From Planctomycetota bacterium (GTDB lineage Bacteria; Planctomycetota; UBA8108; SXIK01), in NCBI GenBank assembly GCA_965223265.1, contig OZ244999.1, positions 2,624,001 to 2,688,000 of the forward strand: DNA of 64,000 bases. Reading direction: 5' to 3'. Below the pieces are notes generated by a model. That model worked only from the letters and a program-made list of their open reading frames with translations. It was not told the DNA's origin and did no database searches. The position numbers were made by a program, and so were the translations under genes. How positions within the stretch are numbered: position 1 is the stretch's first letter; the number at the start of each line of letters is the position of its first letter. Below, piece by piece: positions 19,315 to 29,567 of the stretch.

Positions 19315-21642
19315 TCAACGGTTAGGCTGTCGCACTTTCTCGAAGTAGTAGAAGAATCGCGGCATCGAACGGCTCATCATGCCCATACTCTTGAAGTTTC
19401 GCCCCTCACCGTGTTTGTCGAGATCGGCGCACGAGCGACTGTAGAGTTTCAGGGTGTCATCGACGATCGAGCGATAGCGTTCGTCGTCGCGTCGACCCAG
19501 GTATTCGGCGTAGATCATTCCAGGCAGGACCATGGGGATCGTGCGCCCGTCGTTGTATGAATCCCAGTACCTATCCCACTGTTTGTAGCGGATGTTTTTG
19601 ACCGTGGGATTCCACATCTCGTCGGAGAGCCAGCGGCTGGCTCCCACCAGGCTTTTTGCGACTCTTTCGTCCCCAGTCTTTTCATGATAGCGCAGCAATG
19701 CCTCAGTGAGGACGCCTAGCATGAAGCACGAGCCGCCGGTATCGAAGTCTGGATGGGGCAGATCCCTTGGCCAGTGACCACGTTTTGGATGCTGAGAAGC
19801 GACGATGCCGTCGACGAACTCTTTCACTGCGTGGGAGTACTCGGCGTCACCTGTGACCTCTTCTAGGAACATCAGCGACAACAAGGTCCAGCCGAGGTTT
19901 CGCTCCGACATCGGAATCGTGTGTGGTTTGGCCTTGAGGCGAGGTGTCATCTCTGCCACATAGGCAAGAAGGGGGACGCCCACAGAACGAGCCACCTCGA
20001 GGCTGCGGCGGTCGCCGGTGAGAAGGAATTGAAGCAGCATTCCTTCGGTCCACTGATGGGCGGTGTCGTAACCGGTGCCACCGGCGACGTGATGGTCGGT
20101 GTGTCGGATCGACTTTCCTGTCATGTCGCCGTGGTGGAGTGTGTCGATGTCGCGAAAGTGTTTGGCGAAAGCGACGCCTTCCTCAAAGAAACGGTGATCC
20201 CCTGTGCGCAGATAGTGGAAGAGCATGGCGAACGAAATGCCGAACTCGTTGTTGCGTCGAAAGGCATTGTCTGCTGACCCTTTGCCGTCGCCGAAGTCCC
20301 AGAAGCCAAACTCGTTGACGTCGAATTTTCGCTTCTGGAGAAAGGACATGTGTTCCGCAACGTGGCCATGGTACGTGCCATGGGCGAGATTGAAGTCATC
20401 GAGGGTGTAGTTTCCGAGGACGCCGCTGGAGCGATACCACTGCGGAGATGCGAAGGCGTGAAGATCCGTTAGGGCAAGAGACTCGGCGCTGGCGCGCTTT
20501 TCCTTCGCGTCGCCGACGACGATCGTGAACTCGCCACGCGTCGCCCGGCCGGCGCGATGGAGCGGTGAAGGCGACTCGTTGGTGACGGGATAGAACCACA
20601 GATGAACTTCATCTTTAGTGAACGCGAGTTCCGAAGGGTAGCGCTGCCAGAATTCACTGAGCGCGATCCCGAGGCGTTCTCTTTCGCCATGTAGCCAGGC
20701 GCCACCGTGATAGCGAGCTTGACGCGGAGAGTTGTCGAAAGACGCGCCGAAAAAGCGCGCCGAATCAGCAGTGAGTTGGCGCACGCCCACGCGCGAGGTC
20801 GGCGAAGCGGGGTTCGTCGCAGCGGTGAGCGGAATCGTAGCGTCACCGATTTCGACCGACGTGAAGCGCTCGGCTATGGACAGCTTCACTCCAAGACCGT
20901 GGAAATCGTTCAGGCCGTGGTGGACTACGGTGTAGTCCGTAGCGATGTGCCCCGACGCTGAAATTGTCACGCGTGAGATGAAGTCGAATGAGCTTTCTGG
21001 GGTTGCCAGCACGGTGCCGTGGGACCTGATGACTGTGCGCAGTGCTCCATGTTCCTCGGTCTGGATCTCGCGGAGGTGGACGCTGTCAAGTTCGATCGGG
21101 CGGCCGTGAAGAATGAGTCGACCACGCCCGCAAAGCCCTTCGGCGACGGGCGTGTTTTCACGGTGGATCGAGTGGACGAGACCGAACACGTTCGTCTCCA
21201 CGGTCAGATGCGGGAATTCGACACGCACACCATTGTCGAGGCGCGTGATCTTAGGGGGCGGAGCTTCGGAATCTGACTTGCCGTTGGTCAGTATGAACTC
21301 GTGGATGCCACGAGCCGCCAGCTCCGGCACCACTACGGTGATCAAGCCCCATTTGATCGAACCGTCGTCCCAGTGCGACAAGGCGTCGAATTGACTGGCG
21401 ATGGTCTCTCCTGAAGACCGTCGAGCCGTCACCGCGCCACCGCCTTCCAGGGTGCCGCGAGGAAACGGCAGACCGGACGAGACCACTACATTCGTCCGTT
21501 CCACACCGCGCGGCTCGCGGATGGCCACGGTGACGAGGGGTGAGGAGGAGGTCTTTTTCTCGCTGCCCAGCAGCGTGAGTGGAAAGAATGCTTTGAGAGA
21601 GAACGTGACGAACAGGAGAGCAATCTCAAACGCGCTGCGCAT
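19315..21642 (-). CDS. Secreted exo-rhamnogalacturonan lyase-like (PL26/YetA-like) protein
   Basis: VSSGLPFPRG...SQFDALSHWDDGSIKW N-domain, EFWQRYP, FGFWDFGD, NNE, HFRDIDT, HQWTEG alpha-barrel motifs. Confidence 0.7.
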   Translation of the reverse strand: MRSAFEIALLFVTFSLKAFFPLTLLGSEKKTSSSPLVTVAIREPRGVERTNVVVSSGLPFPRGTLEGGGAVTARRSSGETIASQFDALSHWDDGSIKWGLITVVVPELAARGIHEFILTNGKSDSEAPPPKITRLDNGVRVEFPHLTVETNVFGLVHSIHRENTPVAEGLCGRGRLILHGRPIELDSVHLREIQTEEHGALRTVIRSHGTVLATPESSFDFISRVTISASGHIATDYTVVHHGLNDFHGLGVKLSIAERFTSVEIGDATIPLTAATNPASPTSRVGVRQLTADSARFFGASFDNSPRQARYHGGAWLHGERERLGIALSEFWQRYPSELAFTKDEVHLWFYPVTNESPSPLHRAGRATRGEFTIVVGDAKEKRASAESLALTDLHAFASPQWYRSSGVLGNYTLDDFNLAHGTYHGHVAEHMSFLQKRKFDVNEFGFWDFGDGKGSADNAFRRNNEFGISFAMLFHYLRTGDHRFFEEGVAFAKHFRDIDTLHHGDMTGKSIRHTDHHVAGGTGYDTAHQWTEGMLLQFLLTGDRRSLEVARSVGVPLLAYVAEMTPRLKAKPHTIPMSERNLGWTLLSLMFLEEVTGDAEYSHAVKEFVDGIVASQHPKRGHWPRDLPHPDFDTGGSCFMLGVLTEALLRYHEKTGDERVAKSLVGASRWLSDEMWNPTVKNIRYKQWDRYWDSYNDGRTIPMVLPGMIYAEYLGRRDDERYRSIVDDTLKLYSRSCADLDKHGEGRNFKSMGMMSRSMPRFFYYFEKVRQPNR

Positions 21643-22018
21643 CGTTCCATCCTGTAGCTATGTTGTCTCGTGCAATCGTTTCGATACGTCGGTAGAAGAA
21701 CACTATACATCTGTTGTCGGATTTGCGGAATACGGCAGCACCGGGGTGGATCCAGAGGGTTTTCGCGGCGGTCGGGAAGAGTTGTAGGCAATGCGGGCAT
21801 CGCGGTTGTCGTTTGCGGCCTGTCGTGACGTTTTTCCTGTGTGTCACCGTCGACAAACAAACACATACACCGTGAAGTGCGCTGCGCGTCAGAGCTCTTC
21901 GAAAGCCCCAGCAAGTTGCGTTGAAATCACATGAATCAGTTGAAGGCTGCCCTTGGCATGCTCGTCCGTCCCCGGGCAACACTCGCCCTTCTGCCTTCGG
22001 ACCACTTCTATGTTTTGT

Positions 22019-22075
22019 GAAGAAGAGTGGGAGGAAATCGACGAAGAAGAATGGGAGGAGGTCGACGAAGACTGA
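22019..22075 (+). repeat. Imperfect 24-bp tandem repeat encoding EEEWEE[I/V]D
   Basis: GAAGAAGAGTGGGAGGAAATCGAC then GAAGAAGAATGGGAGGAGGTCGAC then GAAGACTGA. Confidence 0.75.
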
Positions 22076-22108
22076 ATCCTGCTGGCATCGACGATTCTCT
22101 GATGCTCT

Positions 22109-23173
22109 CTACTGCGCATTTTGGGCCGTGATGCTGCCAAGCGACGCGCCAAGGTCGACCCCCGTGACGGAGTCTCCCAAAGCGTTGGCCACGACGACCA
22201 TGTTTTTGCAGTCGACTCCTTTGATTCCTGGCGCATGAGCGCCGACGAAGCTGTTGCCGGTGACCACTGCTCCAGCTGCGCCTCGGACGTGCACCCCGGC
22301 GGCGTTTTCTCTGAAGACGTTGCCCGTGAGGCTCCCACCACGGAAGTTCTTTTCGATCAAGACCGCCGCCGCGCCGCTGCTGGCGATGACGTTGCCGGAG
22401 ATTGCTGCTGCCGTCGCCGAATCAAGGTGGATCCCGTGACGGCGGTGATGGCTGATGTTGTTGCCGTTGAGGCAGAGCGTCTTCGTGCGCTGTGCGTTGA
22501 TGGCGTCGCGATTCCTCGCGAATTGGTTCGCGCTGACGACGAGATCACTCGACGCCAGTGTATAGAGTCCATCGAAACCGTTGTCATGCACACTGCTGCC
22601 GAGGACGCGTGGGCCTTCGAATACGTCGAGAAGGCGGATTCCATGCTCGCCGTGATGATCGACCGTCACCCCCCGAATCGAGAGCTCCTTGACGCCTTCG
22701 ACGAAAACCCCATCACCACTCTTCGGGTTGCCGCTGACGCGTAAATCTACGAGCTCAACGTGACTCAAACGCGCGAGGGGTTCGCGAGGCCGGTCCTTGT
22801 GCTCGAGAACGATGGCGTGCTGCTGCTGCTCGTTACGGTTGATGACACGCGTCGCTGCTCCTGCACCTTGGATGCGAGTGTTGTCGGTTATGATCCAAAG
22901 GGGTTGATCGATCTCGTACTCTCCCGGAGGAATCCAGAGGAGGCCTCCGGAGGCCGGCAGAGCTGCGACGGCAGCGTGGAGGTCTGGATAGTCGCTGGCA
23001 TCGATGATTTGACGGGTCGCAGACGGAGAGGCTTCCGCCGGCCTTTGACGCGCAGCGTCCTCCTGGGGCACTTTGCTCTCTTCAGCCTCGGAGTCACGCA
23101 TCGACCGTGCAAGTGCACAAACGGTGAGAGTGACGACGATCGCCCAAAATGTAGGACGTGGTGTGGAGTTCAT
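22109..23173 (-). CDS. Secreted right-handed parallel beta-helix (PbH1) protein
   Basis: DLHAAVAALPASGGLLWIPPGEYEI start motif; repeats xxGNxxxxNxxxGI; N-terminal hydrophobic segment. Confidence 0.82.
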   Translation of the reverse strand: MNSTPRPTFWAIVVTLTVCALARSMRDSEAEESKVPQEDAARQRPAEASPSATRQIIDASDYPDLHAAVAALPASGGLLWIPPGEYEIDQPLWIITDNTRIQGAGAATRVINRNEQQQHAIVLEHKDRPREPLARLSHVELVDLRVSGNPKSGDGVFVEGVKELSIRGVTVDHHGEHGIRLLDVFEGPRVLGSSVHDNGFDGLYTLASSDLVVSANQFARNRDAINAQRTKTLCLNGNNISHHRRHGIHLDSATAAAISGNVIASSGAAAVLIEKNFRGGSLTGNVFRENAAGVHVRGAAGAVVTGNSFVGAHAPGIKGVDCKNMVVVANALGDSVTGVDLGASLGSITAQNAQ

Positions 23174-23436
23174 GTGTTGACCTCTGTCGGGTACAAGTGC
23201 CGCGGTGGAGTCGAGTGAATTCAATCGGGGGGCCCCGATGCTGGATCATCGGTTCGATACGTCTGTTTGATTCTCGTCGGACGACGGTCTCGACTCAAGA
23301 CGGTCACGCTCTCGAGCGAATCCTACGTTTCGAGTTTTCTGCTCCTTCTTTGACTCATCTCCAGCACTGCTTCTATACTCACGTTGCTATCCCGAGTGCG
23401 TGGCGTACTGGTCTGTAAGTGACTCACCGAGCTACA

Positions 23437-23476
23437 CCGAACTGTGCCGAACTGTGCCGAACTGTGCCGAACTGTG
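23437..23476 (+). repeat. Tandem repeat (CCGAACTGTG)x4
   Basis: Four perfect 10-bp units; the last supplies the GTG of the downstream ORF. Confidence 0.92.
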
Positions 23477-23785
23477 CGACTGCATCCATTCCTAAAAAGC
23501 TGGTTGGCGTGGAACTTCATTTTTTTCACGCTTCAATTCACGGCATTCTGGTTTTTCAGAGAGTTGCCTCGTGAAGGACGTACGTTCGTGAAGTGGTTTT
23601 ACCAACCGGGAATCGAGTTTGTCGAGACGGTGATGCAGCGACCAGCGAGCCAACGTGCGCTCGCGTTTGCACTTCTCGCCGGTCTCTACTCCGCGCTGCC
23701 CGCGGCGCTTGTGGCCTGGTGGCGATGCCGAAAACGCCCAGCGCCGCCGCTGAACCGTAGCACCATCGGCGACCGCATCCGCTGA
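23474..23785 (+). CDS. Small hypothetical membrane protein (2 TM)
   Basis: MRLHPFLKSWLAWNFIFFTLQFTAFWFF...ALAFALLAGLYSALPAALVAWW then basic tail; start uncertain. Confidence 0.55.
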   Translation: MRLHPFLKSWLAWNFIFFTLQFTAFWFFRELPREGRTFVKWFYQPGIEFVETVMQRPASQRALAFALLAGLYSALPAALVAWWRCRKRPAPPLNRSTIGDRIR

Positions 23786-24030
23786 CTACCTCTCGAGCCC
23801 TGGGAGTCGCGTGTGCGGATTTCCTCCCTGTGTGCGAAAACTCACGCCGTTTCGGCGGATTCGCCGGCATGCTCGTCATTGCGGCTGGAGTTCTGGAGTG
23901 GCACGCTGGTGCTTTACGTTTGCGTTGGTCGCGCTGAGGGTATGTCGTTTGCTATGCTGGGGAGTGAGATGCAGGGTGGGGGCGCTGACGAGTCACCGAG
24001 GACACGCCCCCAAACTCGAGGCTAAGCTGC

Positions 24031-25206
24031 ATGATCCGTAAAGCGTACCGTCTGCCGTTCAGACTGCTGGGAATACCCGTCGATCTTGACATCTCGTTTC
24101 TTCTCGTGCTGCCGCTGTTGGCATGGATGATCGCGACGAACATTCCTGCCTACATTGAGACCTTTGGCCTCGAGATTGATCCGGAAACACTCACCCAAGC
24201 GGCGCACCCGCTCGTTCTCGGGTTGATCGCTGCGCTTGGACTTTTCGTCAGCGTCGTGATCCATGAGCTCGGTCACTGCGTTGTTGGGCGATACTTTGGG
24301 ATGGAGATCACGTCGATCACGCTGTGGCTTCTTGGCGGTGTTGCGCAGTTCAAGGAAATGTCACGACGTCCCGGCGTCGAAGCGATTGTGGCGATCGCTG
24401 GGCCTCTGACGAGTTACGCGCTGGGTGGTCTCGGGTGGGTGCTGTTGGCTCTCTCGTCTCGGGAGATTCCAGTCCTTCAGTTTCTTCTCTCATACCTCGC
24501 CTGGATGAACGTGATTGTTGCCACGTTCAATCTCGTGCCCGCAATGCCGCTCGACGGTGGACGCGTCCTTCGTTCGCTCCTCGCACTCCGGATGACGCGC
24601 ATCGACGCGACACGCGCTGCGCTGGGCGTTAGCCGCACCCTCGCTTTCCTCTTTGGGCTTCTTGGCCTCGTCTCCTTCAACGTGTTCTTGCTCCTCGTGG
24701 CGTTTTTCGTCTACATGGCGGCGACCAGTGAGACGCAAGTGGAGACAGTGCGATCGATGCTGCGAGACATCCGAGTGCGCGATGTGATGACGCGCGATGT
24801 CAAGTTCGTTCGATCTGGAACAGATGTCTCACAACTTCTCGAGAAGATGTTCACGGAAAAGCATCTCGCCTATCCTGTTCTCGATGCCTCCGGAGATGCA
24901 GTCGGCATCGTCACACTCAAAGAGATCTACGATCACGGAGCGACTCAAGACGGCGGCGGCGATGTCGATGTCGCCTCAGTGATGACGGATTTTGCTACGA
25001 TCGATCCGAACGATAGCGCCTTCGATGCATTCACGCGAATCAGTCAACATCCGACCGGGCGCCTGTTGGTGCGTGATGGGAGCGGGCGTGTGGTGGGGAT
25101 ACTCAGTAAGACCGATCTAGTCCAGGTGATCCAATTGCGAACAGTCGGCGAAGCGTTGACGCAGAAGACGGCGAACGCTGAGCAACAACGGCAGAGCCTC
25201 GAGTGA
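24031..25206 (+). CDS. Site-2 protease (M50 family) with CBS pair
   Basis: HELGH, AIAGP, FNLVPAMPLDGG; C-terminal VRDVMTR...GIVT and GILSKTDL CBS domains. Confidence 0.93.
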   Translation: MIRKAYRLPFRLLGIPVDLDISFLLVLPLLAWMIATNIPAYIETFGLEIDPETLTQAAHPLVLGLIAALGLFVSVVIHELGHCVVGRYFGMEITSITLWLLGGVAQFKEMSRRPGVEAIVAIAGPLTSYALGGLGWVLLALSSREIPVLQFLLSYLAWMNVIVATFNLVPAMPLDGGRVLRSLLALRMTRIDATRAALGVSRTLAFLFGLLGLVSFNVFLLLVAFFVYMAATSETQVETVRSMLRDIRVRDVMTRDVKFVRSGTDVSQLLEKMFTEKHLAYPVLDASGDAVGIVTLKEIYDHGATQDGGGDVDVASVMTDFATIDPNDSAFDAFTRISQHPTGRLLVRDGSGRVVGILSKTDLVQVIQLRTVGEALTQKTANAEQQRQSLE

Positions 25207-25309
25207 GTCGATGAGACGTTCGGTGAAATCGATCCGTGTCGCCGCACCGAAGCGGCAGACAGCATGTGGCGGTCTTGGATCGTGGTGCATGTGGCTGAGG
25301 TCGGGAAAC

Positions 25310-27772
25310 ATGGGTGCAGTAGCAAGACTGGCATCGATCCTGCTGTGTGCGTGGTCCGGTACAGCCACTGCGGCGCCACAAGCGCTGGAGTGGACGGGCC
25401 AGGGAAGCTTGAGGCTACTGGTCCGGGTTGGGCCAGTCGTCCTTGATGGCCGTGAGCGCGACGAATCGGTCGCGGTCTACGAGTTGGATTTTGATAAGTT
25501 GCTCGACGAACGCTCGGCAGCAGGCGTCGTCGATCTCTCCACACTCCAGGTGCACCGCTACGACACCACGACCGGTAGGGCCATACGGTTTGGAGCGCGC
25601 ACTGACCCGAAGCGTCCGTTCGACCACCCATGCCGATTCGACGACGAGCTCGCATCGAGTGACTATCGTAGCCGCGTCGGCCGCGCCTCGAACTATCCCA
25701 ACGGACGACCTCCAATCACGGTCCGCCGGGGTAAAGCACGACTCTTCAACCGTGAGCACGACAGCCGTTCCGGGCGCATCGTGTGGGTTCACACGCAAGA
25801 GAGCAACGAGCCTTCTCATTATGCGATTTACTTCGACGTCCGCACGCGCTCTACCGCCACCGGCCCGGCGCCTGCTCCCTGGATTGGTGACGTCGACGTG
25901 CTGCGCCGACGCCGCGGTCAATCTCTCGGAGGCTTAGCTCATCTAACGACGGCGGTGGGGGACTTCGATGGTGACGGTCTGTTCGATCTGATCGCCGGTG
26001 CTGAGAAGGGTGATTTGATGTGGTTTCCCAATCGTGGCGAGGTGGGAAAACCGCGATTCATCGGCTGTCGTCTGCTCTTTGACGCCGACGGTCCGCTCGA
26101 CACCGGCTGGTACGGAGCGCCGTTTCTCTTCGACTGGGACGCCGACGGGCTACCGGATCTTCTCGTCGGCACCAGCGGCAACGTGATCGTCTGGTGGAGG
26201 AACGTCGGTCAAAGGCGAGCTCCGGCTCTCGAGTATCGCGGCTTCGTTAGCGCCGACGGCGGCCGTCTGGAAGTGCCCGAGTCGCCCGTGGCAGAGGACG
26301 CCACCGGAATTTTCGCCCGCGATTACTACAATCAGCCGTGGGTCGGCGATTGGGATGGAGATGGCTTACCAGACATTCTCACCGGCGGTTACACGACGGG
26401 TCACGTCTTCTACTATCGCGCCATTCGGCGAGACGCGCTGGGAGTTCCCGTTCTTAAGTACGTGGGCCCTATTCAAGCTGACGGGATGCCGCTGGATACG
26501 ACGTGGGCCGCATCGCCGCTGGCCGGCGACTTCAATGGCGATGGAAAACTCGAGCTTCTCACAGGCTCGTGGTGGTGGTCAGGAATCTCCCGGAAACCCG
26601 ATCCTGGTGAGGCTGACTACCTGATGTACTACAGGAACTCGAGTCCGTCGGAGATTCCTTCGCTTCAGCGCACTGCATTTCCGCAGCTCGGACGTTTTCC
26701 CCGCGGTGTGATTGCTCGCCCCTCTGCGGTCGACTGGAACGACGATGGCCTCATCGATCTAGTGGTCAGCGACAACGGTGGCAACATATACCGGTTTTTG
26801 AACGTCGGCACATCGACCGAGCCGAAGTGGGATATGAACGCTGAGCCGCTCACCGCGCCGTGGGGATTCTTGCGTGGTTACGGGTTGGCAACTAGTGCAG
26901 CCGATCTCGATGGCGACGGAAACGTCGAGACGATTTCAGCGAGCACACTGCAGCGCATCGTCGGTTCGCCGCATGCGCCACGCGTCGAGCCGTGCGGGCA
27001 GGCGCTCGTGGGTGGGCGACCCATCGAGCACGCTGGCCCGGGTTACGGCGATCCCTACGCCTTCTCGATCCTCAGCGACTGGGACGGGGACGGCCGCGCC
27101 GACATCCTGTGGGCGACACACCAAGGAAACGTGTTTCTGCATCGCCATCTCGGCGGCACCGACCCGTTCGAGTTTGCCCCGGGCGTGACTCTTCGACTCG
27201 TGAACGGCGCGGAGCTACAGCTGGGGCCACGCGCAGTGGCAGATGCCAGCGAGGCCGCCGACTTCACGATTCTGCAAGGCTCTCGGCTGAAACTCGCAAC
27301 GGCCGATGTTGACGTCGACGGGATCGTTGATTTGATCGCCACAGAGACGTTCGCGAACGTTTGGGTGTTCAGAAACACTCGTGCTGGCGGGAGCGACACC
27401 TTAGCTCCCGGCGTCAACGTCTACAAGTTGGCGTCGCGTACGGCAGCGATCAATACGATCGACTGGAATCGCGATGGCAAACCCGACTTGATCACGGGTG
27501 GTAGCGCGAGTCGGCCGGGGGCGGTCCTGTTGAATCGAAGTGAAGTGGGTGAACCTGCTTTTGGTGCGCCCATCCAGCCGCTCGACTTGCCGTACGTCTT
27601 TTGGGGACCTCGGTTCCAAGCGGTCGATTGGAATCGTGATGGTGACGAAGATCTTCTGATTCAAAGCGAGTTTTACTCGTTTTGGGCCGAACGGTCGTTC
27701 ATAGACCACGGCTACCGGATCGCGCGCGTGATCGGCGACGGTACTCTTGAGGTGCGACGAAAGGGTCTTTGA
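25310..27772 (+). CDS. Secreted FG-GAP/VCBS repeat protein
   Basis: About ten D-W/F-x-x-DG-x-x-D-L/I repeats; signal-like MGAVARLASILLCAWSGTATA; start uncertain (25211 possible). Confidence 0.85.
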   Translation: MGAVARLASILLCAWSGTATAAPQALEWTGQGSLRLLVRVGPVVLDGRERDESVAVYELDFDKLLDERSAAGVVDLSTLQVHRYDTTTGRAIRFGARTDPKRPFDHPCRFDDELASSDYRSRVGRASNYPNGRPPITVRRGKARLFNREHDSRSGRIVWVHTQESNEPSHYAIYFDVRTRSTATGPAPAPWIGDVDVLRRRRGQSLGGLAHLTTAVGDFDGDGLFDLIAGAEKGDLMWFPNRGEVGKPRFIGCRLLFDADGPLDTGWYGAPFLFDWDADGLPDLLVGTSGNVIVWWRNVGQRRAPALEYRGFVSADGGRLEVPESPVAEDATGIFARDYYNQPWVGDWDGDGLPDILTGGYTTGHVFYYRAIRRDALGVPVLKYVGPIQADGMPLDTTWAASPLAGDFNGDGKLELLTGSWWWSGISRKPDPGEADYLMYYRNSSPSEIPSLQRTAFPQLGRFPRGVIARPSAVDWNDDGLIDLVVSDNGGNIYRFLNVGTSTEPKWDMNAEPLTAPWGFLRGYGLATSAADLDGDGNVETISASTLQRIVGSPHAPRVEPCGQALVGGRPIEHAGPGYGDPYAFSILSDWDGDGRADILWATHQGNVFLHRHLGGTDPFEFAPGVTLRLVNGAELQLGPRAVADASEAADFTILQGSRLKLATADVDVDGIVDLIATETFANVWVFRNTRAGGSDTLAPGVNVYKLASRTAAINTIDWNRDGKPDLITGGSASRPGAVLLNRSEVGEPAFGAPIQPLDLPYVFWGPRFQAVDWNRDGDEDLLIQSEFYSFWAERSFIDHGYRIARVIGDGTLEVRRKGL

Positions 27773-27865
27773 ATCCCGCGAAACTCGTCCAGCGAGGCCG
27801 GCGGGAATGGCCAGACTCGAGGTTATGCGGCATCGAGTTGATCAACCACTCAGCTCTTCATACCA

Positions 27866-29467
27866 TCAGCTGAGATAACGGACATGCACATGGGCATTCT
27901 CGATGGTGATGGGGCGCCGCGCCGTGCTCGTGCGTTTGGCGATCACAACGGTGACTTCGTTGACGCCTTGCTTGACGGTTTTGGGCTCGATCGGTAGTGC
28001 GAGCCAGCCATCCTCTCTTTGGAACTCAGTGTCATGACTCCAGTCGTTGAACAGAATGGTCATGCGATCGCCTCGCGTCGCGCCGCTCGCCTGGACGCGT
28101 AGATTGACGTCGCGCAGATAGTCGCCCGCGAGTGCTGCGCGTACATCATCACCGACGCGTACCGGGATCACCGCCGCGTCGCCGGCGCCTGTTCCGAGCC
28201 GCTGGGGCAATGGCGCTCGCGCGCTGGCCCGCTGGTACTGTTCCCAGACGCTCCGGTTGACAGCGAAGGTCTTGTCCAGACGCCGAAGATTCTGTGGTGC
28301 AGAAATCTCTGTCAAGACGTCGCGATAGAGCTGCGAGCTCGGCTGTCCGTAGCCCAATTTGCCTGGCGCGTCGATGTAGTGGAAGTTCCACAGGTAGATG
28401 CCGTCAGCTCCGGCCCACCATAGATTCGACGCCGCAGCGCGAAGGTTGCCACCGCCGAGGTCATAGTTCGCCGGACAGTTGATGCACGGGTAGACCGGGA
28501 CGTCGTACCGGTGGCCGAGGCGAATGAGTTCCTCGGCCGGAGTGGAATAGCAGACGTACCCGCCACCAGTCAACAAGCGGTCGACAAGGCCTTCGCGAAG
28601 CCAAGTCTCGAGGTCGATACCGATACGGTGGCACGCCTCGAGCGTGCCAGGCACGCGAGCGCCGAGTAGGACGGCTCGGCCGCGCCGTCGGCCGACGACG
28701 TCAAGTCGTCGACGGGCTTCGCGCACCATCTCTGTCATGAGGGGCGCTCCCGCCTCTTCCTCGCCGAGGCGAAAGTAAAACGGCATACGAAAGAAGTTGA
28801 GATCGACGCCCGCAAACCCGTAGCTCTGAGCGGTGTGTGCGATCCACCAGAGCCGATCGTCGCGAACTCGTTTGTGAGCGAAGTTGAGCCCTGACCAACT
28901 TGCCGCGGAAAGTCCATCGCTGGGTTTGCCGCGCTGGCGTTCGTGGCCAATGAGAAGCTCTGGGTGTTCCACTTTGAGCGGGTAGACGAGCTTGGGGAAG
29001 GGAAGGCCGAACGCGTCGTGGCAGTCGTTCATGCGCAGCGAGCCAAAGATCTCGATGTCGCGTTCGCGTCCGAAGTCAGCAACGACGGTGCTGGGGTCTG
29101 GCATGTTTTCTTGGAATGGAACGCCCTGCTTCTGGTTCTGCCAGTAGCGAACTTCTGTCTGCCCTTTTTTCGCGATGCCCCACATCATGCACCACGCGAT
29201 GCTGTCGATGCCGACAGCTGCTGCATCCTGCATGCGCAAGCGCAAGAACGCATCTGGGCCTTCGCGTGCGGCGTCGGCGTACACGAGATCGCCATCGTCG
29301 TCGAGAATCAAAGCGCGCTTCCGCCAGGCCGCTTCGCGCCGTGCCGTCACCCTCGCGGGATTTGACGACCGGAGGTGTGTCCTACACCCGAGAGCTGCCG
29401 CGCTGCCGCCGGCCACGAGGGCTGCGGAGAGGAACGAGCGTCGAGGGATTTCTCTTGAGTCGATCAT
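27866..29467 (-). CDS. Tat-signal glycosyl hydrolase-like TIM barrel protein (GHL10-like)
   Basis: PRRSFL leader; SLRMNDCH, LNFAHKRVR, GVDLNFFR, GIDLETWLREGLVD, GADGIYLWNF. Confidence 0.7.
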   Translation of the reverse strand: MIDSREIPRRSFLSAALVAGGSAAALGCRTHLRSSNPARVTARREAAWRKRALILDDDGDLVYADAAREGPDAFLRLRMQDAAAVGIDSIAWCMMWGIAKKGQTEVRYWQNQKQGVPFQENMPDPSTVVADFGRERDIEIFGSLRMNDCHDAFGLPFPKLVYPLKVEHPELLIGHERQRGKPSDGLSAASWSGLNFAHKRVRDDRLWWIAHTAQSYGFAGVDLNFFRMPFYFRLGEEEAGAPLMTEMVREARRRLDVVGRRRGRAVLLGARVPGTLEACHRIGIDLETWLREGLVDRLLTGGGYVCYSTPAEELIRLGHRYDVPVYPCINCPANYDLGGGNLRAAASNLWWAGADGIYLWNFHYIDAPGKLGYGQPSSQLYRDVLTEISAPQNLRRLDKTFAVNRSVWEQYQRASARAPLPQRLGTGAGDAAVIPVRVGDDVRAALAGDYLRDVNLRVQASGATRGDRMTILFNDWSHDTEFQREDGWLALPIEPKTVKQGVNEVTVVIAKRTSTARRPITIENAHVHVRYLS

Positions 29468-29567
29468 ATCGCGGTATGGGCCTTCGATGCGCAGTGTGCC
29501 TGCTGGCTGACCTGTCGCTCGGCGCACGGCTCCAACTCGCGGCCGCTCGACGCGACTCTTGTGTGGT

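Noticed and set aside
23437-23476. CRISPR array
   Set aside because: Contiguous 10-bp units with no spacers; no cas genes.
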